This document shows positions 39,800-52,525 of a stretch of DNA of 64,000 bases, in pieces. Made by a program: the position numbers and the translations under genes. The notes under the pieces were generated by a model that had not been told where the DNA came from, made no database searches, and was given only the letters and a program-made list of their open reading frames with translations. Position 1 is the stretch's first letter. Each line of letters begins with the position of its first letter. Location of the stretch: assembly GCF_006345805.1 (NCBI RefSeq), contig NC_043000.1, positions 91,202,001 through 91,266,000 of the forward strand, read 5' to 3'. The stretch comes from Octopus sinensis (Eukaryota).

Positions 39800-40008
39800 T
39801 TTCCTAACCAGTCACCATGCTTGATCTCTAAATCCACAAGTTATTTTTTCATTGTCTCTGTTTATTTTCTCTTATTTCTTTCTGTGTTAAAGAGCGTAGG
39901 CTCGAAACGTTAAAGACTTTCTCACTTTACAGAGCGTCAAACTGATACACTTGCTTGTTGTTCACACAATCTGTCTTCCTCTTGTTTATCTGTAAATTTC
40001 AACTATGT
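39800..40008 (+). mobile_element. Penelope-like repeat 3' terminal fragment
   Basis: AAAGAGCGTAGGCTCGAAACGTTAAAGAC (39888-39917) with a downstream terminus homologous to 17030-17200; ends in (TA)n. Confidence 0.5.
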
Positions 40009-40043
40009 ATATATAACATATGTATATATATATATTATATATA

Positions 40044-40096
<53 letters not shown>

Positions 40097-40147
40097 TTGT
40101 GTGTATGTATGCATATATACATATATATACATATCTGTATCTATCTA

Positions 40148-40208
<61 letters not shown>

Positions 40209-41107
40209 TGTATATATATATATGTATATATATGCTTATAGTAGATAGATACATACACACACACACACAGGTTCTGCACAAACATAAATATATATAAATA
40301 CATTTATATGTACACGCGCTATGATACACGATCACAAGTATGACCTAAGATGAAACATTTTTGTAAAACAAAAACCAAGAAAAAAAAGACGACAAATAAA
40401 CTCCGACTGTTTTATTGAAATCGCAATAATAATGAAAATTTTACTTATTCCTCTGAGGAGGCGGTCGAGTTTAATTTTGTTGTAGGCATATGGAGTAAGC
40501 CATATGAAATGAAATTGCCTCCGTGGGACCGATGCCCATACATACCACTTTAGTGTTGTTTGTTTCTTCATTGGCATATTATTTTGCAATCAAATTCGAA
40601 AGAAACAGAAACCATATCCATTTTATGCATATATTTTTGACTGTATGCATGCACACACTTAAGTCTATTATATTGATATTGTTGTAATCTGTGTGTGTAT
40701 TTCAGTAGTTTACAGGTGTATACATAAACGAATGTATGCATATATATAATTATATATAATATATTATATTATATATATATATATATATTATATAATATAT
40801 ATATATATCTGTATATATGTATATATGTATATATATGTATATATATACGCGCATATATATATATATATACATCTATACATATATGCATATATATACGTAT
40901 ACATATATATGTATATGTATACGTATATATATATGTATATGTATATTTATGCGTATTTCTATTTGTACAACAATATAAAATGAATAAAGGACATTTAAAA
41001 TATATATGCACATATATGTATGTATATGGATATTATATATATATGTATATATATATATATATATGCATAGTATGTATATATAGATATATATATATATATT
41101 ATATAAC

Positions 41108-41139
<32 letters not shown>

Positions 41140-41595
41140 TGTATATATGTATGTATGGATGGATGTTTGGATGTGTACGTATGCATATATATGTGCTTCT
41201 CTCTTTAAATGTCTATGTGTGCATACATGCTTATGTGTGCATTAGTATGTGTATATTGGTGTGACATTATTTGTGTAGCTTGATAGCTCGGTTATTCTTA
41301 TTTGTATGGCACACGGGTTTAATGTTCTGTGAACTGAAAAGAGGGCGAACGGGAGGTGAAAGATCGGATGAAGAGTATATAGAAATAAATAAATATAAAT
41401 ACAGAAATACAAACAAATAAGTAAATAAGAAATGCATTCCATTTTCAAAATCTGCTAAGCCTTTATGAACTCTTTGGTTGTATTTTGTATATTTTTCGGT
41501 TAATTTTCATAATTTATGCTGCATGTATGTGTTTGTTTGTGTGTGTGTCCGTTTGTGCACATATATGGGTGTATATATATGTGTGTATGTGTGTA

Positions 41596-41637
<42 letters not shown>

Positions 41638-42405
41638 TGTATGCATTTGTATTAAACAAAGTATACAGTATTATAGATGCATTATAGACGATCTTACAAT
41701 CGGTTTCACGTTGGATATTAGATAATTAGGCGGTTATCAAATCCATATAGTATTCAGAGATGGCTGAAGATAAATCACACGTCTGGGGATCATAAAACTT
41801 TCTCGAGCTATCTTACAAATCCTAAATATGAGATGGAAAGAAACGGTTGTAAAAGCATTTGAACCCACCCTACTAAATACTGCTTGTAGCAGTTCTCTTC
41901 TGATTCCAACATTTTGATAAAGGGGGACACCAAAGCGTCCATCACCTTTCCTAGAGCTTAGACTGAATCTTAGCTGATATTTGTGCTCCACACACCGTTT
42001 CAAAACCTCTGAGACATGTACCTGCCATTTTAGTCGAAAGTTTCTTTACGCTTCACATTTTTCTTATATATCCTGCCATATGCATGCACTGTGCAGTCTA
42101 GTGCAGGCATACAGCATAATGGTCGCACTCATGATAGTGATTTTGATTCCCTTATCAAGTCGTGCATTATGATGAACGCCTTTACTTCATGTTGTACCAG
42201 TTTACTCAGCTGTAATTCGTTAACCCCCTCGACGGATCGTGGAGTGAGTCCAGGAGTGAGTCCTAGAATCTCAGTCACTTATACGCCACGGAAACTTGAA
42301 TTAAACTCAGGCCTTGTGAGAAATTTTCCATAAATTGTAAATGAATATTTGTTTAGGAGAGGCAGTTATAAATGTTCTTGATAATTGTAATTTTAGTATA
42401 TCATC

Positions 42406-42552
42406 GCCACAACTTTCTCTCGTTCTCTCTTCCTGTTCCTTGAGTAACGCTGCGATGGACTGGCGTCCCGTCCAGCTGAGAGGAACACATACGCCACAGA
42501 AACCGGGAAACCGGGCTCATGAGCCTGGCTAGGCTTGAAAAGGGCGACATTT
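42406..42552 (+). mobile_element. 5'-truncated SINE family D, tail type 2
   Basis: CTTGAGTAACG.TG.GATGGACTGGCGTCCCGTCCAGCTG...GCCACAGAAACCGGGAAACCGGG...GCTAGGCTTGAAAA, as in the reverse complement of 60001-60130. Confidence 0.85.
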
Positions 42553-43348
42553 ATCGTTGTCATATCATTGCTTTATGTCTTATAAGCTCACTAGCCAACT
42601 TTTTTATTTCAGATGGAAGGAAACGGTTGTAAAAGCATTTGAACACACCCTATTAAATACTGCTTGTAACAGTTCCCTTCTGATTCCAGAGGTGAACACC
42701 AAAATTGTCCATCCCCTTTCCTAGAGCCTAGACGTTGCTCCATTTGACTTTAATGTCCCCAAAGCTGAAGAGGAACCTCAGGGGCAGTAGTTGTGAAGAC
42801 ATTGAGAAACTCGAGGCTGTAACAAGACCCTCTTCATTGTCAGTAAAATTTTGGCAAATTGAATTTAAATGTTGAAATGAATCTAACGGTTTTTGTGTGT
42901 TTTTAAATGGCGTACAAAACACCGTCCACGCTGCAATTGTTTTCTTTTCAGCACATCATCTCAGATCAGGTCACTTGCTATGCAAGTACATCTCCGTAAA
43001 AGTATTAAATATTATTACTAAATTTATCAAAATAATATTGCTTTCTTGTGATATACATGTCATTAGACACTTTAGCTGCACTTTCCATTTGGTAACATGA
43101 TGCACAGTGGAAATGTTAATATTATAATCTACCTCTCTCTCCTCTCTCTCTCTCTTTCTCTTTCTCTCTATCTATCTATCTATCTATCTATACTTATAGT
43201 AAATTTGTCCTCGTTTTCCTTGCCCCTTTTTTGTCTCCTAGTTTTGATATCTGTCACTCCGGTCGTCTGTCTGTGTCTGTCTCTTTCATTATTACTCTCT
43301 CCCTCCCTCTCTCTCTCTCTCTCTCTCTCTTTAAACCTGTCTGCTTGC

Positions 43349-43387
<39 letters not shown>

Positions 43388-43522
43388 ATACTGACCAGAT
43401 CTCTCTGCTCTGTTCACTAAATCTGTCAAACTATACGCAAATTCATCTTCCTCACACATACATGAACATCTGACTTTACGTATGTATTTTAATGCGTATA
43501 TATTCACACACATACGCACACA

Positions 43523-43567
<45 letters not shown>

Positions 43568-43868
43568 GAAGAAACAATTTTTATGATAAAAGTTATTTAT
43601 TACATACCAAAAAATTTAAAGAGAAACTAAGCTCACACGGATCTTTTGAAAGGGAAATTTTCATATTGAGTGTAAGCTCTTTCGATTAGGTTTTCAAACA
43701 CACATACTATGGAGTCAACAAAAGCGCTTTCACAGTTTGAAAACTTTCATGTCATTCTGTTTTTTGAATTTTCTAAATAGTGTTGATATTTTTTTAAAAG
43801 AAAATCTTTCAGCTAATACTGTGAGTGTTTCAATTATTTTTTGCAAAAACTTTCTCAGCCTATATGTT

Positions 43869-43906
<38 letters not shown>

Positions 43907-44389
43907 TATATATTTATTATTACACATATGTAAATATATATATTATATATCAATCTGTCTCGCTATCTCTGTCTCTCTTTCTCTTTCTGTATAAACACAC
44001 ACACACACCACACACACTAGTCAATGAACCAACGAATGAAATAGAATTCACCACACACGCCCTCCGAACAGCTGATGAGGTGGACGTATCCTACGCCCAC
44101 AAAACTTTAAGCAATATGATGTATATTTATATATACATACTTATAAATACATACACATACATATGCATACATACATACATATACATATATACATACACAT
44201 GCATACACACACACACATATATATATAATGTTATTTAACTATCAGTCTATCTATTCCTCTTAGTTTTGTGTTGTTTGTGTTATCTATCTACCTATTTATA
44301 TCTCCATCTACCCATCCATATATATATATATATATTATATATATATGTATGTATGTATATATATTATAATATATATATATATAATATAT

Positions 44390-44431
<42 letters not shown>

Positions 44432-45491
44432 GTATGTATGTATATTGGTAACTCTCTTATAATTTATATAATATATATAATATATATATATATATATTCG
44501 TAATTGTGTATCTCAGCATACATAATTATTGACACTCACACACGCTCACACATATACACATGCATATCTATATACAGAAAAATTAACGCACGTATACATG
44601 CTTAAATATAAATGCACATATACACATGTATATATATATTCTTCCCTAAGCGTCTGCAATCGAGATTATACTTCATACATACATATATACATACATAGAT
44701 ACATACATATATATATATATATACCAGTATGCATAATTATTGTGATCAAAAGCTTCTTTAATTATAAAACAATTAATTATTTTTTTAAAGAAATATCCAA
44801 ACAAACAAAGCAAAAATTCCTTGCATATCCCGAAAATAGAATCTAGTTGAAACAACTGCTGTCAAGCTGCGGCGAAATTGGCAATGATCTAAGATTGCGT
44901 ATTAATCTCAAAGAATCCGATGCTATTTCAAGAATCATCTTTAGAGTTAAGTTTAATTTCCTCATTACATACCTTCCGATTCTCGGAAAACTTTGCTTTT
45001 AGTTCCGTTAAGACAATTTGAGAAAACTTCTATTTTATCTCTGTCTATCTCTTTTTCTTTAGATGTTTTTCCATTCCTTTCTTTTATTTCTTCCTTTACT
45101 TCTCCCTTTCTTTCTTTCATTTTTCTTTCTTTCTTACTTTCTTTCTTTCTTTCTGTCTTTCTTTCCATAGTAGATTATTTACTTTGGAATAAAATAAAAC
45201 GTTTGTAGAAATACACTTAACAAAAAAAAAAAATGTACCGTGTTACATTATTTTTGAAAATGAAACAAAGTTTGTTATTTTGATTGTTGTAGGTCTTTCG
45301 CTGCTAGTGAATGAATGAAAGTATCATTTTGAAGATGATTGATAAAGATGGGAAATAGCTATAAGCTGGAGATTCTCACTGTCAAGTCATGAGTTCAAAT
45401 CTTCGTTTAGCTAAAATAAACGAGTTCAAACTACGCCTGACCCATTGTTGTTTTTTTTTTGGACATTGTTATTTAACCCCGACTCTGGGAC

Positions 45492-45539
<48 letters not shown>

Positions 45540-45577
45540 TAATATATATATATATATATAATATATATATATAATAT

Positions 45578-45689
45578 GTTTCGTTATTAGCCACACAGGG
45601 CTGCACCAGACGGACAAATTACAAAGTAGAACTTTTCTTTTTGGATAAAAAAAGGGTTTTTGTTTTCGATCAAATGGGATCGTAAAAGG

Positions 45690-45696
<7 letters not shown>
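45578..45696 (-). mobile_element. Tx1-family 3' end fragment abutting (GATA)n
   Basis: GTTTCGTTATTAGCCACACAGGGCTGCACCAG...TTTCGATCAAATGGGATCGTAAAAGGG, then (AGAT)n from 45697. Confidence 0.85.
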
Positions 45697-45725
<29 letters not shown>

Positions 45726-46597
45726 TTTGTATATATGCCTGTGTGAATGGATGTGAGCTTGCCAATGCAACTGTTTGCGTGCGTACGTGCTTTATTCTAA
45801 TGATATTGTTGCGGTAAACGATTTCAGGGGAGCACTCTATATACAATATACAAAATACGATAGTGCCTCATACGTATTCTATATATAAAAATACATACAC
45901 ATACATGCGCACGTCTATTTATATGAATATATATTTCATATATATATATATATGTACAGACATACATACATACATATACATATATATTATATATATATTA
46001 TATATATAATTATATATATATTATACATATATTATATATACATATTATATACATACTAAAGTAATGATTATATATATATATAATTATATAATTATATAAG
46101 GGAAGAGGAAAAAATCCTGCTCTAGCATGTTGTAAGAATACACCAAAAAACCGTTATAAAACCACCTTCAGCTCCTGCTAAAATACGGGTCGTGACTATG
46201 TTTTGTGAATATTGTGCAGAGGATGAGGAATATGCTCTTTTACTGCTTTAATCTCAAAATTGAATCAATACGCTATTGACAGTGGAGTTTTAGTTTGTAT
46301 TTTCATTTGTTGGTCAATAACCCGTATTTTTGTAGGAGTTAAATACGGCTTATTTACATACAAAAAAAAAAAGAAAAGAAAAGTTTTGTTGCTATTTAAG
46401 CAACCTGTAAAACATTCATTCTTCAGTTTGAAAACGGCTACTTGAAAGCTTGAATCTCGTTTCAGAGTAACTCACTGTGAACACAATTATTAAGATGATT
46501 AAAATGAAAATGATCTCCTCAACAACCCATCTCTGCTCATTCTTTCAAATATATATAATACTGTACCCTTATAGTATTATTCTACTATATATATATG

Positions 46598-46671
<74 letters not shown>

Positions 46672-46700
46672 AAGATAGATAGATAGATAGACAGATAGAT

Positions 46701-46942
46701 AGGTTTGAGAGACAGAATCACCCTCAAGCAACTCAATCATCATTGAACGACATTATTCACGATAGGAACGTACGTTGTCATGAAACGCGCGTAGTCTATA
46801 TAATGTAAAGTATATGATTTAGAATTAGAATTGAAGGTATTAATTTTGATAATTTTAATATTTAGTCCTATATGGACCTATCATGGATAATGTCGTTCAA
46901 CGACAATTGAGTTGCTTGAGGGTGATTCTGTCTCTTAAACCT
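46701..46942. repeat. Foldback element: 66-bp inverted arms, 110-bp spacer
   Basis: 46701-46766 vs 46877-46942 are reverse complements with 6 mismatches, all transitions. Flanked by (AGAT)n and (CT)n. Confidence 0.85.
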
Positions 46943-47053
46943 CTCTCTCTCTCTATATGTATATAATACAGTGAGTAATTCATTTTAGTACCACTAAATT
47001 GAACTTCTCTCCCCTGTGGACTCGGAAATAACTTCCCTAATATTAATCTTAAA

Positions 47054-47135
<82 letters not shown>

Positions 47136-47682
47136 ATAATATATATATATTTGAATATATACAACACGCAAAGAATAGAGTTGTTGGCATTACATTTATT
47201 CCATAGATTAGTGTACTTTCAACAGAGTATGCATATATATGTTAAACTTTTAAAAGATGAACTCTGAAATAAATTCTATCTGAAGAGTAAGTGATTGACT
47301 AAAACTCTTTTATTCATTTCTCTTCAATCTAAATTTTATCTTTGCTGCAAACTTGTTATTTGTGACTGGTTTGATCTGCTAGAAATAACAGGCACTGAGC
47401 ACCTTAATGTCTTAAAAGATGAAGTAAGTGTACACTGGATAGTGTAGTCATAGAAGAATTGCACCGTAATATGTGCTATTGGATAGACACGGTTGGAACT
47501 CTGATTATAATGCTGTTGTGTTAGGGCAGAGCTGGGGATTAAACGAAAATATCAATAGAAAAAAACAATGGGTCAAGCATATTTTGAACTCAATTACTTT
47601 AAGTGTCATTTCTTTTGACTGTTAGCCAAACTGCAACAGTTTGTGTCATGTAAGAGAAATAAATACAACCGCTAATAACAGT

Positions 47683-48028
47683 TTCAAATTTTGGCACAAG
47701 GCTAACAATTTCGGGAGAGGGAGTATGTTGATTACATTGACCCCAGTACTCAAATGGTACTTAATTTATTGACTCCGAAAGAAATGAAAGGCAAAGTAAA
47801 CCATGGCAGAATTTGAACTCAGAACGTAAAGATGGATGAAATGCCGATGGGGAGGGGGTAGTCGATTACATCGACCCCAGTACTCAACTGGTACTTATTT
47901 TATCGACCCCGAAAGAGATAAAAGGTAAAGTCAACCTCGGTGGAATTTGAACTCACAACGTGAAGACGGACGAAATGCTGCTTAGTATTTTACTCGGCAT
48001 GTCAAAGATTCTGCTAACTTGCTGCCTT
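47683..48028 (-). mobile_element. Two tandem SINE family B units
   Basis: The core ACAT(T/C)GACCCCAGTACTCAA.TGGTACTTA...GGAATTTGAACTCA occurs twice; head remnant at ~48000-48028. Confidence 0.8.
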
Positions 48029-48415
48029 AATATAATCACTGTATAAGAATGGATTATGATTTGCGTATGCAGAACATGCAAGAGAGTCAAAGAGAGGTTC
48101 TTGAATATCTGACAACCCTTTCCCTAAAAACTTACAATATCATTGCCATTTTCTCTCATATTAGTTTACATGGACAACAGTTACTAACCATGTGGTGTTT
48201 TAGGTACTTTCTTGCATGTTTTTTTTTTAATTTTTGGCCCATGATCTCTTTATTTTTCATATGAACCGAACAGACTATTTCACTCACTGAAGGAGTCCTT
48301 AATACCTATACAAACAGGATAATTGATATGGGACATTCTGTATGTTTTTTAACCCGGTGTGTTTGATTGAAATCTAAATCAATTGTATTTTCAATATCCG
48401 AATTATGGTTTAAGG

Positions 48416-48708
48416 CATTGCTTCCCAAGCTTTTTGGGGCTGCCACCCCCTTGACATCGATCCACATTCCTAGCGCCTTCCACCCCCACTCAGCACTACA
48501 AACGTCGACCGTTTTTTGCAACAGATTCAAAACAACAGTATTTCACAAATAAAACTTAACCTAATTAGCCCATTATTGTGGGGTGGGGTACATCCATCGC
48601 CCCCTTTTCGCTACCCTACTATTGCCTCACTTTTCTTAAACGACCCGCTTGGTTTTTCAGCCGCCCAGGGATGGGAGAGGGCAATACCACCCACTTTGGG
48701 AATCACTG
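48416..48708. mobile_element. hAT-type MITE with 8-bp target-site duplication
   Basis: Termini CATTGCTTCCCAAGCT / CACTTTGGGAATCACTG; flanks GTTTAAGG (48408-48415) and GTTTAATG (48709-48716), 7/8 identical. Confidence 0.8.
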
Positions 48709-48958
48709 GTTTAATGCCACAAATAGGATAGGAACCTAAAGGTCTATATAAAAGCGGTTGATCAGAAAACTGTTATTTAGATTGACTAATTACACTAATC
48801 ATTGATGATTAGTAATTTTTCTAATGTCTCAAAGTGGAAACTGGACATAGTACGGCGGATTAAGTTATATGCTTCTATCAAATTATAGAGAAGCAATTGC
48901 AATCAGAATAGTCAACACTTTCCTCCTGATAGTGACTACATTGTTTGAATATAAATTA

Positions 48959-49287
48959 CGAGGGTGTGCTGAAAAGTTCATAGGCTGACTACGAAGGAGT
49001 GATGCTAGAGCTGTGAAATCTTGCATCCATTAATTTCAACCCTTCTTATTAATAACTACATTGTTTCGTTCCATGTAAACTGACCCCTGACTGTTCAAAG
49101 ATTTCAAATGTGGCCAGCAGCGACTTCTTTTAAAAATGGACAAAATTTGGTGCCATGGTGTTATCAAGTGCCTGCTGAAAGAAGATTTAGCTCCCAATGA
49201 TATTTCTGCGGACATGGTTGCATTAGGGGATGACGTTCCAGATTTATCAACAGTCTGAAAATGGGCAACTGAATTTAGAAGCGGGTC
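48959..49287 (+). mobile_element. 5' end of a mariner element with the start of its transposase
   Basis: TA|CGAGGGTGTGCTGAAAAGTTC TIR. From ATG 49136: MDKIWCHGVIKCLLKEDLAPNDISADMVALGDDVPDLSTV*KWATEFRSG, a mariner N-terminal HTH-like region. Confidence 0.8.
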
Positions 49288-50074
49288 TTGAAATGATGCA
49301 ATAATAGTAATACTCTTGTTTTTCCACCACAGCCTCTAATCCTTGTTACTGGGAATAGTTTGTGTGTGGCCATGACATTTAAAACTATGCCAGCTGAGCG
49401 CTGGATAGGTAAAGGATAAAGACCACAGTTATATAGATTGCCTATTTTCAGAAGTAGAAATGGGTTTGCGTAGAGCCAACACTCCTACCTAAAAAAAACC
49501 TCAAAACCAACAAAACTTGAACTGGTCTTGTTGGTTTTGAAACCAACAAGAAACCAATAAAATATAGAGGCAAAATCAGTGAAGAAAAGTCGTCGATGGC
49601 CTGAGCTTGGTAAGAAGCAAAATGCTTAAATAGTAAATGATATTGTTATAGGTGCGTTTCATATTCAATTTAATTTAATTATTTAATTTCTAAAAGATAT
49701 ATATTGTCTATTTCATTGTTTTGCTTTTGTTTTAAAAGGGTGATTTTCCTGAGAATAAATCTTTATCCACAGACATCGCCATGACGTCTCCATGAATTTT
49801 CACAGATTTTGAGTATTGGTGACTGATTCGTGATACAGTCTGATTTCACGAACAGTCAAAAGTTGCCCGTTGGATTTACAATATCTTGCACCAGTATTAC
49901 TGAAGTTACAGAATGATTTTATTACAATTACGGATTTAATGAGCTCCAGGTTGGACATGATTCAAAAAATGTTTTTTTAAATATTATTTTAGATTCTTCA
50001 CAATGGAGCGTTTGACGTGCAGGTGCAAGTTGTGTCTATGCTTCTTATGAATATAAAAAAATACAAAACGGCAT

Positions 50075-50280
50075 CGAGCTGGTTGGATAGTTAGTGCTTT
50101 GAAAATTATGATTTGTAATATTTGCTCCGAATGTTGACATTCTGAGTTCAAATCCTGCTGGAGTCAAATTTAATCTTTCAGGGTTGATGAAATAAAGAAC
50201 CAGTCAAGTACTAGGGTCGATGGTATTGACTAACTCACGCCCTTCAAAATTGCTGGCATTGTGCCTCAATCAGAAACAAT
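50075..50280 (+). mobile_element. Degenerate SINE family B monomer
   Basis: TTCTGAGTTCAAATCCTGCTGGAGTCAA...GGGTTGATGAAATAAAG.ACCAG...GGGTCGATGG...GCATTGTGCCT. Confidence 0.65.
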
Positions 50281-50775
50281 ACAGAAAAAGTATTTCTACT
50301 GTAACTATTTTGTATATTTTGATAAATAAACTAATTTACCCATAGCAAATTTAATCAGGCCAAGCATTATGTAGGCTAGATCAAGTAGGGTTCAATTAGT
50401 TTATTTATGAAGATGTACAAAGCTACGTGCTTTCCTGACATTTTTTCAGTATGCCTTTTTTTAAAAGCCAATTTATAGACATATATGTTGTGTGTAGACA
50501 TAGCTGCGCACGCGCATGTATATATGTATATATATAATACATATACATATATATATAATATACATACATAGATATATAATATACATAAAAAATATATAAT
50601 ATACATACAAAAATATATAATATACATACATATATATATAATATACATACATATATAATATACATACATATATATATAATATACATACATATATATATAT
50701 AATATACATACATATATATAATATACATACATATATATATAATATACATACAATATATATATAATATATATATAT

Positions 50776-50822
<47 letters not shown>

Positions 50823-51458
50823 ATCCAACAAGAAAACACAAAACACAAAAAAACACAACAACGCGAGGACGTGGAACAAATAAAGTATTATTGGACGCTC
50901 ATGTATATTATATATATATATGTATGTATATTATATATATATGTATGTGTGTGTCTATATGTATATGTATATTGCTATCAATATAGACAGAAGATTTAAT
51001 TTTTGTACCAAATCAAAGCAAAAAAACTCTACTGCACTGGAATGCTAATATATCCAAAAAATATTTTCCATGTTTTTTATATATACTCTGACATGGGACT
51101 GATGCTGCCATTCTTAATTTGCAACGTAATTGAGTTGAAAAATATGAAAGGGGCATTTTGTGTATCCTCGGATATTTTATGTTTTTTTTTCTTTCTTTTA
51201 AACCAGCCTATTGGTTTTCTGGAAATTCTGCGCTTTAATTAGGTGAAAAAATATTTCCAACTTCTGTAGTGTCGGCGTCTCCTAATTGTAAACTTTTATC
51301 TAATCTTATTAACAACCCCTCAAACTGGGAAACTTCAATATTAATAATGGCCGCCCAGTACTTACTTACGTACATACATACATACATACATACAAACACA
51401 AATAGATGTATGTGTATAAATATATGAGTATATATATATATATATGTGGATATGTATG

Positions 51459-51491
<33 letters not shown>

Positions 51492-52431
51492 ATATATATA
51501 CAAGAGTGACAAAGTCACTTGACGTGGTTTATGTGGAATAAGAATAATGTGGTATACATGTATAATTGTATACAAAAAACATGAGAAAACCGCTGTAAAT
51601 GATCATGAGAAATATGCAAAATAAAAAAAAACTAAACGAATGTTAATAGTTGTACTAAGTGAAATCCAATTTCGTCATCAATAGCAAGCTAAAAGTTTAA
51701 AATTTCATATAGTGTACAAATAGCATGTGGCTCAGTGTTTGATTGGTAACCACTAAATTGATCGAATAACAAGTTACTAGTGGTCCCATCACACTCCCCT
51801 AAACAATTCTCTAAGGATGTAAACAATCAAACTTTCTTTCCAGAAAGTGCCGTGAAATGTATGTGCAGTAACGAGAAAGAGGTCGCTATATAACGATGAT
51901 AGGGAAAAATATATTTACACGAAGTGATTCAGTTCTTTTGTGACTGTGAGTGATGTGACAGGAATAATAGTGGATAGTAGTAGCCATTGCATTCTGTAGC
52001 CAACGTTGAGTGATGTAAGTTCCTACAGCCATTGCTATTAGTTGTGTTACGACCACTGGTTAGTTACCAGTCTAATGTTCTGTCAAATAAAAGGCGCGAA
52101 AGACAAAATCGTTAATGACGTTCCGATGTTGTTTATAACAACCGGGATTCTTATAAATTAAACTTCTGCTGGCTCTATAGTGCTTTCGCCAGTCTGTCAA
52201 TTGCTGATAAAAATAAATTCTTAATATGCCTACTAAGGACTTGCATAGCTAGCTGCTCACTGACGTCATCAATCCCTAACAAAATCCTGTTTTTATATTT
52301 GCAATTATTTTTACGTCTAAAGGGGACAAACACAAACCTGAAGACACACACACACAAAAATATACATACATGCATACATACATACATACATATATAACTA
52401 TACATACATATATATGCATAATTACGTATAA

Positions 52432-52510
52432 ATACCACAGATACATCCAACATCGAATTTCGTAGCTTACCTCAGCACACAAAATTCGATGTTGGATGTA
52501 TCTGTGATAT
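52432..52510. other. Near-perfect hairpin (25-bp perfect stem, 21-nt loop)
   Basis: CACAGATACATCCAACATCGAATTT (52436-52460) is the exact reverse complement of 52482-52506; it extends 3 more bp after one mismatch. Confidence 0.9.
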
Positions 52511-52525
52511 CTATATGTAGTTATG

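Noticed and set aside
49503-49550. Short AAACCAACAA inverted/direct repeat cluster
   Set aside because: 11-bp low-complexity arms; likely chance or slippage.
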